Made by a program: the position numbers and the translations under genes. From Octopus vulgaris (lineage: Eukaryota), in the NCBI GenBank assembly GCA_951406725.2, contig OX597823.1, positions 33,170,001 to 33,234,000 of the forward strand: a stretch of 64,000 nucleotides of DNA, written 5' to 3'. The notes below the pieces were generated by a model, which was not told the origin of the DNA, did not search any database, and saw nothing but the letters and a program-made list of their open reading frames with translations. Within the stretch, counting starts at the first letter, position 1. Every line of letters starts with the position of its first letter. This document shows, in pieces, positions 60,360 to 64,000 of the stretch.

Positions 60360-61220
60360 ATAAAAAGTAACCCCGGCCGTCATCGCCATCCACTACCAGG
60401 ATACAAGCATCACCACTATCATCACCAGTGACGTCATGATAGGATCACACACAGCAAACATGCCAACTCATGATAGAAAACTTGTCTCCACATCCCGTTC
60501 GTCACATCACAGTTCCGTAATGTTAACAACTAATTAATTAATGCTAATGACCAAACAAGTGTGTGTGTCAGCAGCAGCAACCGAGACAGGCACACTACAT
60601 TTAGTACGTAAGAAACAATTTCAGTCCTGGAAACCAAAAGAAGATGTAAAGTTTCGTTATTGCACAGTCTTGGAAATATTTTTTTCAAAACAGGAAAAAT
60701 AAATAAAAATAAAAATTCCGTATCGAGGATCATATTTACGTTCTGATATGAAACGTTTTAAAAATCAATTAAATATTCTACGAGTTAATTGAGGGCTCGT
60801 CATCACTACAACAAGCAAGTCAAATCACTATCGAATAATATTTTATGCACGATACAGCACAAATCAGCAAATATGTAATGAATGCACATACATGTGCATG
60901 CAATTATGCTATTACATGTACATATAACGTAAATATGTTTGTATGACTACACCTGTGTATATGCACATTAAACATCTGGCATAGCAATAAAGAATAACGG
61001 AATGTACGTATTCTATGTATCTATCAATCTATATTAATTTATTTCTGTTAGTATAAGTGTAGAATAGACGAACACTAAATGAGTGCTCGGACCAGTCCAG
61101 ATTCTTAAAATCCAACACCCTACGAACTTATCAAGAACAATATTTTTCATCGCCAAATGTGTTTGTCCATTCTCTGTCTGTCTGTCTCTCCCTTGCACGC
61201 GCGCGCGTGCGGTATGGCTT
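60360..61220 (-). promoter_or_regulatory. Probable TSC1 promoter / first-exon region
   Basis: CpG-enriched unique DNA upstream of TSC1; full CRE TGACGTCA at 60429-60436; palindrome GCACGCGCGCGCGTGC near 61195-61210. TSS not determinable. Confidence 0.4.
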
Positions 61221-61494
61221 CACAGTAGGGAGTGGTAAGAATGCTGGTCAAAGACAGTGTCCATTCTGCATGTTACCACATTGACAAGAGATTAGAAAGA
61301 AAGAAGACAATGGGTGTCATGGAACAGATTCTGTGTGTTCGCTCGACCTCCTAGAAATATCAACCAGACACTCTTCAAGGGTGCGGATCTAGATATTAAC
61401 CCTCTTCAAATGACACTGCCTCGAAAAAATAAATAACGATGGACAAGTTAGATAATGTAGGATGGAGTTTTTTAAGAACAGCTCTTATTACAGT

Positions 61495-61748
61495 CTGTTG
61501 TGTCTGGGGAGAGTCATTTTGTTTTTGTGCCTTATAATCTAACACACTCATCGGTAAAATTTCCACTTTTTCCTTATTTTTATTTTCCTAAAATGTTCGT
61601 TGCGTCTTGCAATAGTTTTCAATAGTTTTGACTCTCTATTGAAAAGGTTGCAAGACGCAACGAAAATTTTAGGAAAATAAAAATTTTACCGATGAGTGTG
61701 TTAGATTATAAGGCACAAAAACAAAATGACTCTCCCCAGACACAACAG
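61495..61748. repeat. Long near-perfect inverted repeat (~250 bp hairpin)
   Basis: CTGTTGTGTCTGGGGAGAGTCATTTTG... is mirrored by ...CAAAATGACTCTCCCCAGACACAACAG. Confidence 0.85.
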
Positions 61749-64000
61749 AATATGCTTCAACACACGAACTCATATAAAGAATCTTGCAAACCAAATCCAA
61801 AAACGAAATCTTATTACATTACCTCACCTACTTTTTTTTTTTAATTATTGATTTTTTTTTTTACAAAGGGAATTACGATTTCTGAAAGAACCCCCACCCA
61901 ATTTTAGTTTTACATCTTTGACGCAAATGTCTAATGTAGTCCTAGATACACTATGTCACAATGGGAACATCCTTGCTTGTAATAATAACATGGATTAATG
62001 AAGTGAGTTAAATCACGCTAAATCTACACTGTTAATGATGAAAAAGTTTACCTCAATAATAAACTCTGACCAAGAAAGGCAGGGGAGATGACCCCGAGAC
62101 TTTAATTAAAATTTATTAAATATTAAACACAATTAGGGAGTTTAATCTGACGTTTAACAGCACTTAGACAACATCGAACATGTTTCAGGCTTATTGGTCG
62201 TCATCAGTGATTGTTACTTCAGACCTTAGAGTGGTCGGGTAGAAAAAAACAAGGTACTTGCAATTTGGTTGACGGTCTGTAGACATCTCTGAGACGAAGG
62301 GCCAGTCCTGAAAACTAGATTCCTCTTCTCACAACCACATACCAAGCTAATCACGAGGGAAGATGGAGTATTTATGCGAATGAACAAACAATAAGTGATG
62401 TGATAACTTTTGCTGACGCAGGACTTAGAGCTAAACTACTACCGCCGCCACCACTACCACCACCACAGCATCATCATCATCATCAGCCGCCGCGAGACAG
62501 GCATAGTAGCAGCCAAGAATAACAGCAACAATGTGGGAATATGAAGGACATCGTCAACAATAGCAACTCTATAGCCACACAACAATCCCCACCACGTATG
62601 AATGACGATTACAACAACATGAGTGGAAGATTTAATCAACGCTAGCATATGACTGGTACTTTGTTTTATCAATCTTAGAAAAATAAAAGGCTAAGATGAC
62701 CTCGGTGGAATTTGAACCCAGAATGCAAAGGGAACTAAACACAGTAGGCGGTGGCGTTAGTGTTGTAGTAGTAGTAGTGGTTTCGGTGGTAGTGTTGGAG
62801 GTTATGATAGTCATGGAGGTGACAGTGGCGGAGAAGAGGTGGCGTGATGACGATGGAGCAACTAATTTCTTATATATATAAAAAAAAAAGTGAGCAGGAA
62901 ATGAGATCGTGTGGCTTGCATGCCTTTCACAGGAGAAGGTGAAGATGAAACCGAAAAAGTCCGAGGTTATTAAACAAAATGAAATAACTACAAGCTTGAA
63001 TCGAAATCTTGTCGCCTTGACTCATGTACAAGAGTTTTCACGTGGTCACTCGAACTGCTAGAAATAACAGCCAAATCCCTTTAATCAACACCCTATCGTT
63101 ATAAATATAAAAAGGAATCGTCTCAGATAAACAATGTCTGAATAGAAGACTGTATGGTCAAAATTGGTCTGTTTTTGATCGTAGATCTGAAAAATCAGGA
63201 CTGTCCTGGGCGAAACTACAGCTTATATCTTTTGTTTCAGTCATTGGACTGCGGCCATGCTAAGGCACCTCTTGAAGGTTGTAGTCGGATAAATCGAATC
63301 TGGGACTAATGTTTAAGCTTGGTACTTTTTCTATTGGTCTCTTATGCCGGGGTCGTAAACAAACCAACACTGATTGTCAAGCGGTGGTGAGAACAAACAG
63401 AAACACAAAGACATACACACACATTGTTTATGTAGTCCAAGCTACACCATATCTGAATAAAAAGTGGGATGGCCATAGTTAGAATGTCCTTGGTAGAAAG
63501 TCTGCTAGAATTGGGCTGACCTGGGGCTAAATTTTCTCACAAATTTGTAACAAGGAAAGCAGACCACTGGATAAAAATCTCCAGGACACAGCCGGTAATT
63601 ATCAATTGAGAGGGAATAATTAGTAAGTCGATATTTGATGAATTGGTACAGGGAACAGAATAAATTAGAGTATTTTGTTCGGCACCCTTTTTAAATAAAA
63701 AGGTGGGGTCAGCGGACAAAACTACCGACATTAATGGAAACAGTTTGAGATGAGGAGGTAGTCATACTTTTGTCATTGACTGGCAGAATGTAGTTGGGAG
63801 TGAGGTAACGGGAGAGTTTGATCGCAAGCTGAAAAATAGCAGCCAAACTGCCTTCAATGAACACAACAATCTAAAGAATGAAAATAAAAAAGTGAAGTAT
63901 ATACTAGACTAGATATTGCAGTCCTAGATACACTTTGCCTGAAAATAAGAAAATATACAACAAGCTTTTGTTTATTCGCGTAGTAGAAAATATACAAGTG

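Overview
AT-rich eukaryotic genomic DNA. The SINE/LINE/microsatellite content points to an octopus (coleoid cephalopod); this is an inference. Three intron-rich genes were reconstructed by hand from GT-AG sites and phase continuity. (1) HEATR1/UTP10, minus strand: 8 coding exons at 751-12210, running off the left edge. (2) MRPS18B, plus strand: 6 exons at 16011-25571, 182 aa. (3) TSC1/hamartin, minus strand: 21 coding exons at 25767-51286, about 1051 aa. HEATR1 and MRPS18B are head-to-head; MRPS18B and TSC1 are tail-to-tail with only 195 bp between their stop codons. Introns contain tRNA-derived SINEs, RTE and R4/Dong LINE remnants, a Tc1/mariner remnant, Helentron-like elements and MITE hairpins. 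Most other ORFs in the track are spurious. The most interesting signal is a repeated non-coding element combining a tRNA-like Pol III head, an (AAT)n spacer and a minimal type I hammerhead ribozyme. It is inserted as tandem or inverted composites with 12-14 bp TSDs, which resembles a Penelope-mobilised SINE/retrozyme. Two further hammerhead-like motifs of different sequence occur. TSC1 also shows a candidate spliced in-frame uORF and a candidate recursive-splice (AG|GTGAGT) exon.
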